Of a stretch of 64,000 nt of DNA, positions 28,569-36,672 are shown piece by piece. Origin of the DNA: an uncultured Candidatus Saccharibacteria bacterium (GTDB lineage Bacteria; Patescibacteriota; Minisyncoccia; Portnoybacterales; UBA2143). Each line of letters starts with the position of its first letter. Position 1 is the stretch's first letter. The notes under the pieces are model-generated. The model saw only the letters and a list, made by a program, of their open reading frames with translations. It had not been told where the DNA came from and did no database searches. The translations under genes were made by a program, and so were the position numbers. The stretch covers positions 44,306-108,305 of the forward strand of contig CAZQMX010000002.1 in NCBI GenBank assembly GCA_964594965.1, given 5' to 3'.

Positions 28569-31517
28569 TTACTTCTTAATTCCGAGCCAGAGATTATGGC
28601 CGTTTAATTTGATCTCCTTTTCAACCAAAAAGACTTCCCCGATGTTTTTAGAGTCGGGATCCCGACCTTGTGTCGGGACTTTCTTTTTTGGCCCGCCCGC
28701 ATTGCCTTGCGAAGCATGGCGGGCGGGTCCGGCTTCAATTTTTCTGGCTGAAACTTCTTTTTTAATTTCTTCGAGGTTGTTTTTAATTAAATCGCTTAGT
28801 TTTGATTCACCGGCTGAATAGCGGAAATATGCTGGTTGGCCTGGTTTTAATCCGGCGTCTTTTCTCATTCCCTGGATAAAACGGATTAAATCCCGAATCA
28901 TTCCTTCTGATTCTAATTCTGAAGTAATTTTTGTATCTAATTTAATACTTTTGCCAAAATCAACTTCTTTAACATTAACTTCTTCTTTGATTAATTGGGT
29001 TAATTCTTTATCCTGGACAATCTGTTTTTTGGTAATTATTAATTTCTTCAGAGGTTGTCTGACTTTAATTCCTTTTTCTGCTCTTTTAGCCAGAGCCAAA
29101 GCAACAATTTCTCTGACATCATTCATTTTCTTTTCCAGCTTTTCATCAATTAAAGATTTGTCCGGCTTGGGATAACCGCAGAGATGAACGCTTTCTTTGT
29201 CTTTTCCGGTCCGAAGCTGAAGATAAATTTCTTCGGAAATGAAAGGGGTGAAAGGAGCGATTAATTTGGATAAATTAAGTAAGGTTGAATAGAAAATCTG
29301 TGAGGCTTCTTCTTTTTGTTTTCTATTCTCCGGTTTCTGAAACCTCGATCTTGACCGTCTGATATACCAGTTAGACAAATCTTCAACAAATTCCTCAATT
29401 AAACGAGCAGCCGAGACAACATCATATTTCTCTAAATTATCAATGACCAAAGTGTTTAATTGATTAAATTGAGAAACAATCCATTTATCCAGAATGAATC
29501 TTGGCTTTGTTTTCTTTGGTTTAAAGTTTTTGTCTTTGTAAGTATTGAAAAAGACAGCCGAGTTATGAAGCGTTCCAAAAACTCTTCTGTTTTTGTCGGC
29601 AACATCCTTAACATCAAATCTCTTTGGCTCTCCAGCGGAATTGATGGTGTATAAGTACCAACGGAGAGTGTCGGCTCCGAATTGTTCGCACATTTTCCAG
29701 GGATCAACAATATTGCCCTTTGACTTTGACATTTTCTTGCCTTTCTTATCCAAGACATGGCCAAGAGAAATGACATTTTTAAAACAAGCCCCATTCTTAA
29801 TTTCTCCGGCTTCCTCCATTAAAGTCGCGATGGCAAGGAGAGAATAGAACCAGCCTCTGGTCTGATCAACGGCCTCGCAGATATAGTCGGCGGGGTAGTG
29901 GTCTTTTAATTCCTTCTGGCTGTTTTTCTGATGAGGATAGCCCCATTGAGCAAATGGCATTGCTCCTGAATCAAACCAGACATCAATAACTGACTTTTCC
30001 CGAATCATTTGGCCGCCGCACTGGCATTTGAATTTAACCTGGTCGATATGTGGCCGGTGAAGATCTTTAATTTCTTTTCCCAGTTCCTTTATACTGCCAA
30101 TTGCCTTTTCCTTATCGCATTTCTGGCATTTCCAGATTGGCAAAGGGGTCCCCCAGTATCTTTCCCTTGAAAGAGCCCAATCCTTGGCTTCTTTAATAAA
30201 TTCGCCAAACCGGCCATATTTGGTGTGATTCGGCTCCCAATTAATCTTTTCGTTGTTATCTGTCAGCTTTTTTCGAAGAGATGACATTTTAATAAACCAG
30301 GAATCTTCGGCGTAATAGAGAAGAGGGGTGTCGCATCGCCAACAAAAAGGATAATCATGCTCGTATTCTTCTTCCTTGAATAAGAGGTTTTTCTCTTTTA
30401 AGTAATTAATAATTTTCTTTTCGGTTTCTTTATCTTTAACATATTGATTAGCTAAACCATATGGAGCCAAATCATTGGTAAAATATCCTTTTTGATCAAC
30501 AGTATGGATTTCAGGCAAGCCGATTTCTTTACCCAGATTATAGTCATCTTCGCCATACATGACAGCAGTATGAACAATGCCGGTTCCTTCTTCGGTTGTA
30601 ACAAAATCAGCTAAAACAAGGTAATGGGATTTCTTTTTACTTTTTTTAACTGATTCAATTTCAAAGAGAGGCTGGTATTCAAGACCAACCATATCCTTTC
30701 CTTTGAGCTCTTTTTCTACTTTATAGTCGCCTTCAATAATTTCTAATCTCTCCTTGGCTAAGATATATTTCTTGCCCTGGTATCCTATCTTAACGTAATC
30801 AATATTCTTTCCAATGGCTAAAGCGACATTTCCCGGCAGGGTCCAGGGAGTAGTTGTCCAGGCTAAAATATTGTCCCCCTTTTTTACTTTTTCATTTCCT
30901 TTGGTAATTTTAAAATTAAGATAAACTGAATTCTCTTTTACTTTCTCGTATCCCTGAGAAACCTCGTGGGTGGATAGAGCTGTTCCGCAGCGGGTACAAC
31001 GGGGAACAACCTTAAATCCTTTGTAAAGCAGTCCTTTTTCCCAAACTTTTTTTAAAATATGCCAAACGCTTTCAATATATGAATTTTCGTAAGTAATATA
31101 TGGATTATCCATATCTATCCAATAACCAATCCTATCTGTCATTTTTTCCCATTCGTCCTTGTATTTCCAAACACTTTTTTTACATTCCTGATTGAATTTA
31201 TCAATTCCATATTTCTCAATATCGTCTTTTCCTTTGAAATTTAATCTTTTTTCAACTTCAATTTCAACTGGCAGGCCATGCGTGTCCCAACCGGCCTTTC
31301 GATGACAAAAAAATCCGCGCATGGTTTTGTACCGCGGAATGATATCTTTAAAAGCTCTGGCTTCAACATGGTGCATGCCTGGTCGACCATTGGCTGTTGG
31401 CGGACCTTCAAAAAAAACAAAACTTTTTTTGCCTTTGTTTTTTTTCAAACTTTTTTCGAAAATTCCAGACTTTTTCCAGAATTTTAGAATTTTTAATTCA
31501 TTCTTTGAAAAGTTCAT
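28569..31517 (-). CDS. ileS: isoleucyl-tRNA synthetase (type 2-like), with C-terminal repeat insertions
   Basis: KMSKSKGN; WALSRERYWGTPLPIW; CWRCDTP zinc motif; 982 aa. C-terminal region contains two adjacent GC-rich elements (AGPARHASQGNAGGPKKKVPTQGRDPDSK). Confidence 0.9.
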   Translation of the reverse strand: MNFSKNELKILKFWKKSGIFEKSLKKNKGKKSFVFFEGPPTANGRPGMHHVEARAFKDIIPRYKTMRGFFCHRKAGWDTHGLPVEIEVEKRLNFKGKDDIEKYGIDKFNQECKKSVWKYKDEWEKMTDRIGYWIDMDNPYITYENSYIESVWHILKKVWEKGLLYKGFKVVPRCTRCGTALSTHEVSQGYEKVKENSVYLNFKITKGNEKVKKGDNILAWTTTPWTLPGNVALAIGKNIDYVKIGYQGKKYILAKERLEIIEGDYKVEKELKGKDMVGLEYQPLFEIESVKKSKKKSHYLVLADFVTTEEGTGIVHTAVMYGEDDYNLGKEIGLPEIHTVDQKGYFTNDLAPYGLANQYVKDKETEKKIINYLKEKNLLFKEEEYEHDYPFCWRCDTPLLYYAEDSWFIKMSSLRKKLTDNNEKINWEPNHTKYGRFGEFIKEAKDWALSRERYWGTPLPIWKCQKCDKEKAIGSIKELGKEIKDLHRPHIDQVKFKCQCGGQMIREKSVIDVWFDSGAMPFAQWGYPHQKNSQKELKDHYPADYICEAVDQTRGWFYSLLAIATLMEEAGEIKNGACFKNVISLGHVLDKKGKKMSKSKGNIVDPWKMCEQFGADTLRWYLYTINSAGEPKRFDVKDVADKNRRVFGTLHNSAVFFNTYKDKNFKPKKTKPRFILDKWIVSQFNQLNTLVIDNLEKYDVVSAARLIEEFVEDLSNWYIRRSRSRFQKPENRKQKEEASQIFYSTLLNLSKLIAPFTPFISEEIYLQLRTGKDKESVHLCGYPKPDKSLIDEKLEKKMNDVREIVALALAKRAEKGIKVRQPLKKLIITKKQIVQDKELTQLIKEEVNVKEVDFGKSIKLDTKITSELESEGMIRDLIRFIQGMRKDAGLKPGQPAYFRYSAGESKLSDLIKNNLEEIKKEVSARKIEAGPARHASQGNAGGPKKKVPTQGRDPDSKNIGEVFLVEKEIKLNGHNLWLGIKK
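28650..28680. repeat. GC-rich element family 1, in frame inside ileS 3' end (adjacent to a family-2 copy)
   Basis: gagtcgggatcccgaccttgtgtcgggac; encodes KVPTQGRDPDS. Confidence 0.6.
28689..28730. repeat. GC-rich palindromic element family 2, in frame near the 3' end of ileS
   Basis: cccgcccgcattgccttgcgaagcatggcgggcggg; encodes AGPARHASQGNAGGP. Confidence 0.65.
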
Positions 31518-31737
31518 ACCATATTTATCTAAATTTTCAAGCTATCAAGCGAAGAAAATTTAGTGATTAAATTTGAGCACCCCGCCCCCTATACTCTAAC
31601 TTTTGTCAGAATAAACGTAGATAGTAAAATCAATTTTATTCTTTTCTTCAATCTTTGTCAGAACATAGGGGGCGGGGTAAGGTTTTGTGACATAATTTTA
31701 ATTTATCTAAAGATAAATTAAAATTCTGACAAAGCCC

Positions 31738-33294
31738 TTACATCCTCTCTGGAGCGTTAATTCCCATTAAACTTAAACTGTTTTTTAAGACAATCTGAAC
31801 GGCCTTGACTAAAGCCAGGCGGGATTGGCTTTTTTCCTTATCTTTATCAATGACCCGACATTTTTCATAAAACTTATGAAAAGAATTGGCTAATTCAAGG
31901 GAGTAATAGGGGAGTCGCTGAGCTTGATAATCCCCTGCAATATCTTGAACAATTTCAGGGAATTTGATTAGCTGACGAATTAAATCCAATTCTTCTGGTT
32001 TTTTTAAACTAGCTTCTTTATCCGGTTTTAATCCTTCCTTTTCCGCTTTCCTTAAAATACTGGATATTCTGGCATGAGCGTACTGGACATAGAAGACCGG
32101 ATTTTTGTTTGACTGTTCCTTGGCTAAATTAATATCAAAATTCAAATGAGTGTCGTTTGATTTTTGAAGGAAAAAAAATCTGACTGCATCGGGACCAACC
32201 TGGTCTAAAATCTCATCCATTGTCACATAAACCCCGGCTCTTTTAGACATTCTTTTCTTTTCGCCTTTTTCAAGAATTGTGACGAACTGAAGAAGAATAA
32301 TTTCTAATTTGTCCTTATAACCCAAAGCTTCAACCCCGGCCATTAATCCTAAAACATCGCCATGATGGTCTGCTCCCCAAATATTAATAACTTTGTCAAA
32401 TTTCTTATCTTCAAATTTGTATTGATGAAGGGCGATATCCCCCGCCAGGTAGGTCTTTTCGCCGTCGCTTTTGACGACTACCCTATCCCTTTCATCCCCG
32501 AATTTTGAGGATTGAAACCATTGGGCTTTGTCTTTGTCGTCAATTAAACCTTTTTTCTCTAATTTTTTCAAGACCTGATCAACTTTTCCTGAACTATACA
32601 AATCTGATTCAAAAATCCATTCATCATATTTTATTCCAAGTTTGTCTGTTGTTTTTTGGATGTGGTCTTTAATAATATACTTGGCAGCCATTTGTCCGGC
32701 TTTGTATGGGTCTTTCTCTTTTATCTTTTCCGCTAATTGGTCGATATATTCTCCCTTGTATTTAGCTTCTTTATCTTTTAGAACCGAATGGCCTAGGGTT
32801 AGAATCTGCATTCCAGCATCATTGACATAAAAAGCTTTTTCAACTTGATAACCGGCTTTATTTAAAACATTAGCCAAGACATCGCCATAAGGCCCACCCC
32901 GGGCATTACCAACTGTTAAGGGTCCGGTTGGATTGGCAGAAATAAATTCAACCTGAATTTTCTTTTTCTTTCCAATATCTAATTCGCCGTAGTCATTTTC
33001 TTTTTTAAGAATTTCGTTTAATTCATCTAAGAGTGCTTGTCTAGACAAAAAAAAGTTAATAAAAGCAGGCCTGCCCGCATCGCTACGCGAAGCGTTGCGG
33101 GCGGGGCCCGCCATCTCAACTTTGGCAAACAAAGGATTGTCTTTTAGTTTGGAAATAATCTCGTCTGGATTGATTTTCTCCTTTAAGGCGATATTGGTTG
33201 AGAAATCGCCAAATTGAGCATTGGTTGGGTGCTCTAATTCGGCCTCTTTTTTAACAACTTCTTTAATTAATTTCTCAATTTCCTCTCTTAGCAT
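31738..33294 (-). CDS. argS: arginyl-tRNA synthetase, with N-terminal-region GC-rich insertion
   Basis: VEFISANPTGPLTVGNARGG (HIGH-region equivalent) and DALR-type C-terminus. Insertion MAGPARNASRSDAGRPAF. Confidence 0.9.
   Translation of the reverse strand: MLREEIEKLIKEVVKKEAELEHPTNAQFGDFSTNIALKEKINPDEIISKLKDNPLFAKVEMAGPARNASRSDAGRPAFINFFLSRQALLDELNEILKKENDYGELDIGKKKKIQVEFISANPTGPLTVGNARGGPYGDVLANVLNKAGYQVEKAFYVNDAGMQILTLGHSVLKDKEAKYKGEYIDQLAEKIKEKDPYKAGQMAAKYIIKDHIQKTTDKLGIKYDEWIFESDLYSSGKVDQVLKKLEKKGLIDDKDKAQWFQSSKFGDERDRVVVKSDGEKTYLAGDIALHQYKFEDKKFDKVINIWGADHHGDVLGLMAGVEALGYKDKLEIILLQFVTILEKGEKKRMSKRAGVYVTMDEILDQVGPDAVRFFFLQKSNDTHLNFDINLAKEQSNKNPVFYVQYAHARISSILRKAEKEGLKPDKEASLKKPEELDLIRQLIKFPEIVQDIAGDYQAQRLPYYSLELANSFHKFYEKCRVIDKDKEKSQSRLALVKAVQIVLKNSLSLMGINAPERM
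33068..33112. repeat. GC-rich palindromic element family 2, in frame inside argS
   Basis: cctgcccgcatcgctacgcgaagcgttgcgggcgggg; encodes MAGPARNASRSDAGRPAF. Confidence 0.65.
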
Positions 33295-33375
33295 ACCCTG
33301 TAGTGAAATTTCGATTTTAACAATCGAAATCCGTTAATAATTGTCATTTATTCTGATACTGCGACTTTTATCTGT

Positions 33376-33434
33376 ATGCCCCGTTTTTATTAATCCGCCT
33401 TCAGCGGATTTATCGAAATTCTACTACGGGGCAT
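33376..33434 (-). promoter_or_regulatory. structured leader element copy A (argS upstream; minus-strand sense)
   Basis: Outer 10-bp stem tatgccccgt/acggggcata enclosing ctactac...cgaaatt and inner hairpin aatccgc-cttca-gcggatt; same architecture as copies B and C with compensatory changes. Confidence 0.55.
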
Positions 33435-33563
33435 AATATTTTAATCATACTTGATTTTCCCCTACTCGACAAGCATTAGACTATTGACAGAATACACTCT
33501 AAATGTTATAATTATGCCAAGTTTGTTCTCGAAAATTAACCCAAAACCCTAAAGGAGGATCAA

Positions 33564-34199
33564 ATGAGAAAAAGTTTATTTTTGGCAATTACGGCCGTTT
33601 TGGTGGTTTTTTTGTTTCAGGCTCTTGCTGCGGGCGCGACGGAAAAGCGAGCCCTATCGATCAAAGCGGAGGCACGAGTACAGGAAGTGATGAAAGAGAC
33701 CGGCTTTAGTCGGGAAAAAATTCTTAATCTGGTTAACCTCTTCGCCGCAGCAGAAAAAGTTCAAAAATCAGCAAGCAACGAGTCGGACCCGAAAAAGAAA
33801 GAAATTCTGATCCTGGAAGCGGAATATTATGAATCCTTGGCAAAATCATATATGTTCATGGATATCCTTGAGAAAAAAACAAAGGAGCTTATCAAAGAAC
33901 TAGAAAAAGCCAAGGTAACCGACACAGACAATAGAATTTCGAAAAAACTGGCAACTAAGATAAACCTGCTCGGAGCAATGGGAACAAAAGCAGTTTTAGT
34001 TACTACAGATACCGCTGCCAGGTTACTTGAGTTAAAAATCAAAATTTGGCTCGCAAGCGACAGCAGAATGGTGGAAAAAGCCAAAGAGCTCGAGGAAGCA
34101 TATTCCGGTATAGAAACAGCCCTCGACCTTTTTTACAAAGCAATCAAGCCATTCGGTGACCTCGTCCTGTTTGAGGTAATGGAAAATTTCGAGTACTAA
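33564..34199 (+). CDS. secreted alpha-helical hypothetical protein (signal peptide)
   Basis: MRKSLFLAITAVLVVFLFQALAAGA signal-like N-terminus and good SD (aaaggagg); coiled-coil-like K/E-rich body. Noticeably higher GC than its neighbours. Confidence 0.5.
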   Translation: MRKSLFLAITAVLVVFLFQALAAGATEKRALSIKAEARVQEVMKETGFSREKILNLVNLFAAAEKVQKSASNESDPKKKEILILEAEYYESLAKSYMFMDILEKKTKELIKELEKAKVTDTDNRISKKLATKINLLGAMGTKAVLVTTDTAARLLELKIKIWLASDSRMVEKAKELEEAYSGIETALDLFYKAIKPFGDLVLFEVMENFEY

Positions 34200-34225
34200 A
34201 ACCCAAACTAGCCGCTTCCGGCTAC

Positions 34226-34270
34226 AGCCGCATCCAATCAACAGCAGGATGCGGCTGTTTCATTTTCATA
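34226..34270 (+). terminator. rho-independent terminator after the 33564..34199 gene
   Basis: cagccgcatcc-(11 nt)-ggatgcggctg stem followed by tttcattttcat. Confidence 0.65.
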
Positions 34271-34292
34271 ATCCATATAATACAATAAAAGT

Positions 34293-34353
34293 ATGCCCGG
34301 TAGTAGAACTTTGATAGGTCCCGCAGTGCTGCGGGACAAGAATACTGGGCATA
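34293..34353 (+). promoter_or_regulatory. structured leader element copy B (smpB upstream)
   Basis: atgcccggta-gtagaactttgata-[ggtcccgcag-tgc-tgcgggac]-aagaa-tactgggcat; distal complementary segment atcaaagtttcactaccggg at 34414..34433 abuts the smpB ATG. Confidence 0.55.
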
Positions 34354-34433
34354 GAAATAAGTATTAATTTATAGGTAATAATGTAGGAGTTTTGATTAAA
34401 TTACTAAATTAGAATCAAAGTTTCACTACCGGG

Positions 34434-34883
34434 ATGGCAACCTTAGTCAGAAATCCAAGAGCCAGGTTTGATTACCATATCCTTGAAAAATTCGAGGCTG
34501 GTTTAGTTTTGGCCGGTTTTGAAGTTAAGGGAATTAAAAACGGAAGAATGACTTTAAGGGGCTCCTATGTCACAATTAAAAATGAAGAAGTTTTTTTAAT
34601 TAACGCCCAGATTATGCCCTATCAGCCCAAAAACACACCGCAAGATTACGAACCAAGCCGAACCCGAAAACTCCTTTTAAACAAATCTGAGATTAAAAGA
34701 TTGATTGGGAAGACTAAAGAGAAAGGCTTGACTTTGGTCCCTATTCGGGTCTATACTAAACACCGAAAGCTTAAATTGGAATTTGGTCTGGGTCTGGGAA
34801 AGAGAAAAACTGACAAAAGAGAAGTTATTAAAAAAAGAGAAACCCAGCGCAGAATCCGAAGGGCCCTACGAGAGAAAGTATAA
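34434..34883 (+). CDS. smpB: SsrA-binding protein SmpB
   Basis: RNPRARFDYHILEKFEAGLVLAGFEVKGIKNGRMTLRGSYV is the canonical SmpB N-terminus. Confidence 0.9.
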   Translation: MATLVRNPRARFDYHILEKFEAGLVLAGFEVKGIKNGRMTLRGSYVTIKNEEVFLINAQIMPYQPKNTPQDYEPSRTRKLLLNKSEIKRLIGKTKEKGLTLVPIRVYTKHRKLKLEFGLGLGKRKTDKREVIKKRETQRRIRRALREKV

Positions 34884-34948
34884 AAATATTTTTCCAGTTT
34901 AGAAATTAAAAATTAAAAATTAAAAATTCTTTCGCGAAGCGAAAGCTT

Positions 34949-35290
34949 GGGGGTGCCTGGCATCGATGGAAAGGGATTTCAAAATAGGCAGGTTCCCGCA
35001 GGAGTGCGGGATAAAATTCTACTCATCATATAGTTGCAAACAAACAACTTTCACCTGCTTACGCTTAAATCGTAAGTCATCTGCCTTATTGACTCTTGAT
35101 AGATAGGGTAGGTGTCAATTATCAAGATAGACAGGATTGGTGACCGGACAATTCTGTTGAAACTAATCGGTCTAGAGATAATGGAATTTTGTTTCTTTCA
35201 ATCCATTGTTTCGAAAACTTTAAAGGAAATAAGCCTGTAGAATATTTTGGATGAGCTTTTCAGACAAGGGTTCGACTCCCTTCACCTCCA
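34949..35290 (+). ncRNA. ssrA: tmRNA (ssrA), ~340 nt, CCA not encoded
   Basis: Immediately downstream of smpB. 5' GGGGGUG pairs with 3' CACCUCC-A acceptor. T-arm-like ggttcgactccc near the 3' end. Candidate tag reading frame gca aac aaa caa ctt tca cct gct tac gct taa (ANKQLSPAYA*). Confidence 0.75.
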
Positions 35291-35440
35291 CTCGACTCGT
35301 TCCTCGTCTTCGACTACGCTCAGACTCGTCACTCGCTCGTGGCAAGCCACCATAATGTTTGTTATTAAGAAATATTCTCTTATTTAAGAGTCGAGTGTCC
35401 CGAGCGAAGCGAATCCCGAGCTAGTCGAGGGACAAATCAA
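35291..35440. repeat. composite GC-rich repeat region immediately 3' of tmRNA
   Basis: ctcgactcgttcctcgtcttcgactacgctcagactcg ... gtcccgagcgaagcgaatcccgagctagtcgaggg; shares cgcttcgctcggga-type modules with family 1. Confidence 0.45.
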
Positions 35441-35499
35441 TAACTAATAGCAAAAATATATACAAGAAATTCAAGCAACCACAAATTAAAAGAGCAAGG

Positions 35500-35988
35500 T
35501 TGAATATGCAAATCAGAGTCAGCCCAATTCGGCTGATTGATGAGAACGGCGAGAATTTAGGAGTTGTTGAAACGAGCGAAGCTCTCAAAATGGCCCGAGA
35601 AAAAGGGCTTGATTTAATTGAGATAGCGCCAAATATCAGTCCCCCGGTCTGTAAAATCATGGACCACGGCAAGTATCAATACCAGAAATCCAAAGATGAA
35701 AAAAAACAGAAATCCAAACAAAAGAGAGTAGAGATTAAAGGAGTCAGAATTGGAATCCGGACTGGGAAGCATGATTTAGAAACCAAAGCCAAACAGGTAG
35801 AAAAGTTTCTTAATCAGGGCAACAAAGTTAAAATTGATATGATGCTCAGGGGCCGGGAAAAAGGACTTTTTCAATTATCTAAAGAAAGATTAAATGATTT
35901 TATTAAAATGATTCCATTTGAAATTAAGATTGAACAGGAAATCAAAAGACAGCCAAGAGGGCTATCAATGGTAATCGGGAAAGAATAA
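35500..35988 (+). CDS. infC: translation initiation factor IF-3
   Basis: IRVSPIRLIDENGENLGVVETSEALKMAREKGLDLIEIAPN matches the IF3 N-domain; followed directly by rpmI. Confidence 0.85.
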   Translation: MNMQIRVSPIRLIDENGENLGVVETSEALKMAREKGLDLIEIAPNISPPVCKIMDHGKYQYQKSKDEKKQKSKQKRVEIKGVRIGIRTGKHDLETKAKQVEKFLNQGNKVKIDMMLRGREKGLFQLSKERLNDFIKMIPFEIKIEQEIKRQPRGLSMVIGKE

Positions 35989-35989
35989 T

Positions 35990-36190
35990 ATGGGTAAAAT
36001 GAAAACAAAGAAAGCGCTGGCTAAAAGATTGAAAATTACCGGCGGAAAAAAAATATTAAAGAGAAGAACTCATCAAGATCATCTCAATGCCAAAGATTCT
36101 GGCAATCGAACCAGAAGAAAAAGAGAGGTTAATAAATTGTCTTCGTCTAATAGGAAGGTAGTAAAAAGATTACTACCTAATTTAAAATGA
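35990..36190 (+). CDS. rpmI: 50S ribosomal protein L35
   Basis: MGKMKTKKALAKRLKITGGKKILKRR is the L35 signature. Confidence 0.85.
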   Translation: MGKMKTKKALAKRLKITGGKKILKRRTHQDHLNAKDSGNRTRRKREVNKLSSSNRKVVKRLLPNLK

Positions 36191-36247
36191 CCCGGTAGTA
36201 GAACTTTGATACAATTCGCCAAAGGCGAATTAAGAATACCGGGCATA
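36187..36247 (+). promoter_or_regulatory. structured leader element copy C (between rpmI and rplT)
   Basis: atgacccggta-gtagaactttgata-[caattcgcc-aaa-ggcgaattaa]-gaa-taccgggcat, starting on the rpmI TGA stop; distal segment atcaaagtttcactaccggg at 36308..36327 abuts the rplT ATG. Confidence 0.55.
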
Positions 36248-36327
36248 AAATAGAGTAATAACATTTAATACAGGGCTTTGATTTTTTGATAAATTAAGTT
36301 AGTCAAAATCAAAGTTTCACTACCGGG

Positions 36328-36672
36328 ATGACCAGAGTTAAAAGAGGCGTTACTGCCAGCAAAAGAAGAAAAAAAGTTATTAAAATGGCCAAGGGCTATA
36401 AGTGGGGAAGAAAGTCGAAATACAAGGCGGCTAAAGATGCTGTTCGCCACGCCCTGGGTTATGCTTATCGAGACCGCCGAAGAAAAAAGCGGGATTTTAG
36501 GCAATTATGGAATATTAAGATTAATGCCGCTTCAAGAGAAAAAGGAATTACTTATTCTCAATTTATTAATAAATTAAAAAAAGCTAAGATTGAATTAGAC
36601 AGAAAAATCTTAGCTCATTTGGCAGAACACAAACCGGAAGTCTTCTCAAGGATTGTTGAGAAAATCAAATAA
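36328..36672 (+). CDS. rplT: 50S ribosomal protein L20
   Basis: [55 protein letters not shown] is the L20 signature. Confidence 0.9.
   Translation: MTRVKRGVTASKRRKKVIKMAKGYKWGRKSKYKAAKDAVRHALGYAYRDRRRKKRDFRQLWNIKINAASREKGITYSQFINKLKKAKIELDRKILAHLAEHKPEVFSRIVEKIK

Noticed and set aside
29456-29847. Several 60-110 aa ORFs on both strands
   Set aside because: All embedded within ileS; alternative-frame artefacts.
35421-35672. 83-aa minus ORF
   Set aside because: Overlaps the infC start and the repeat region; antisense artefact.
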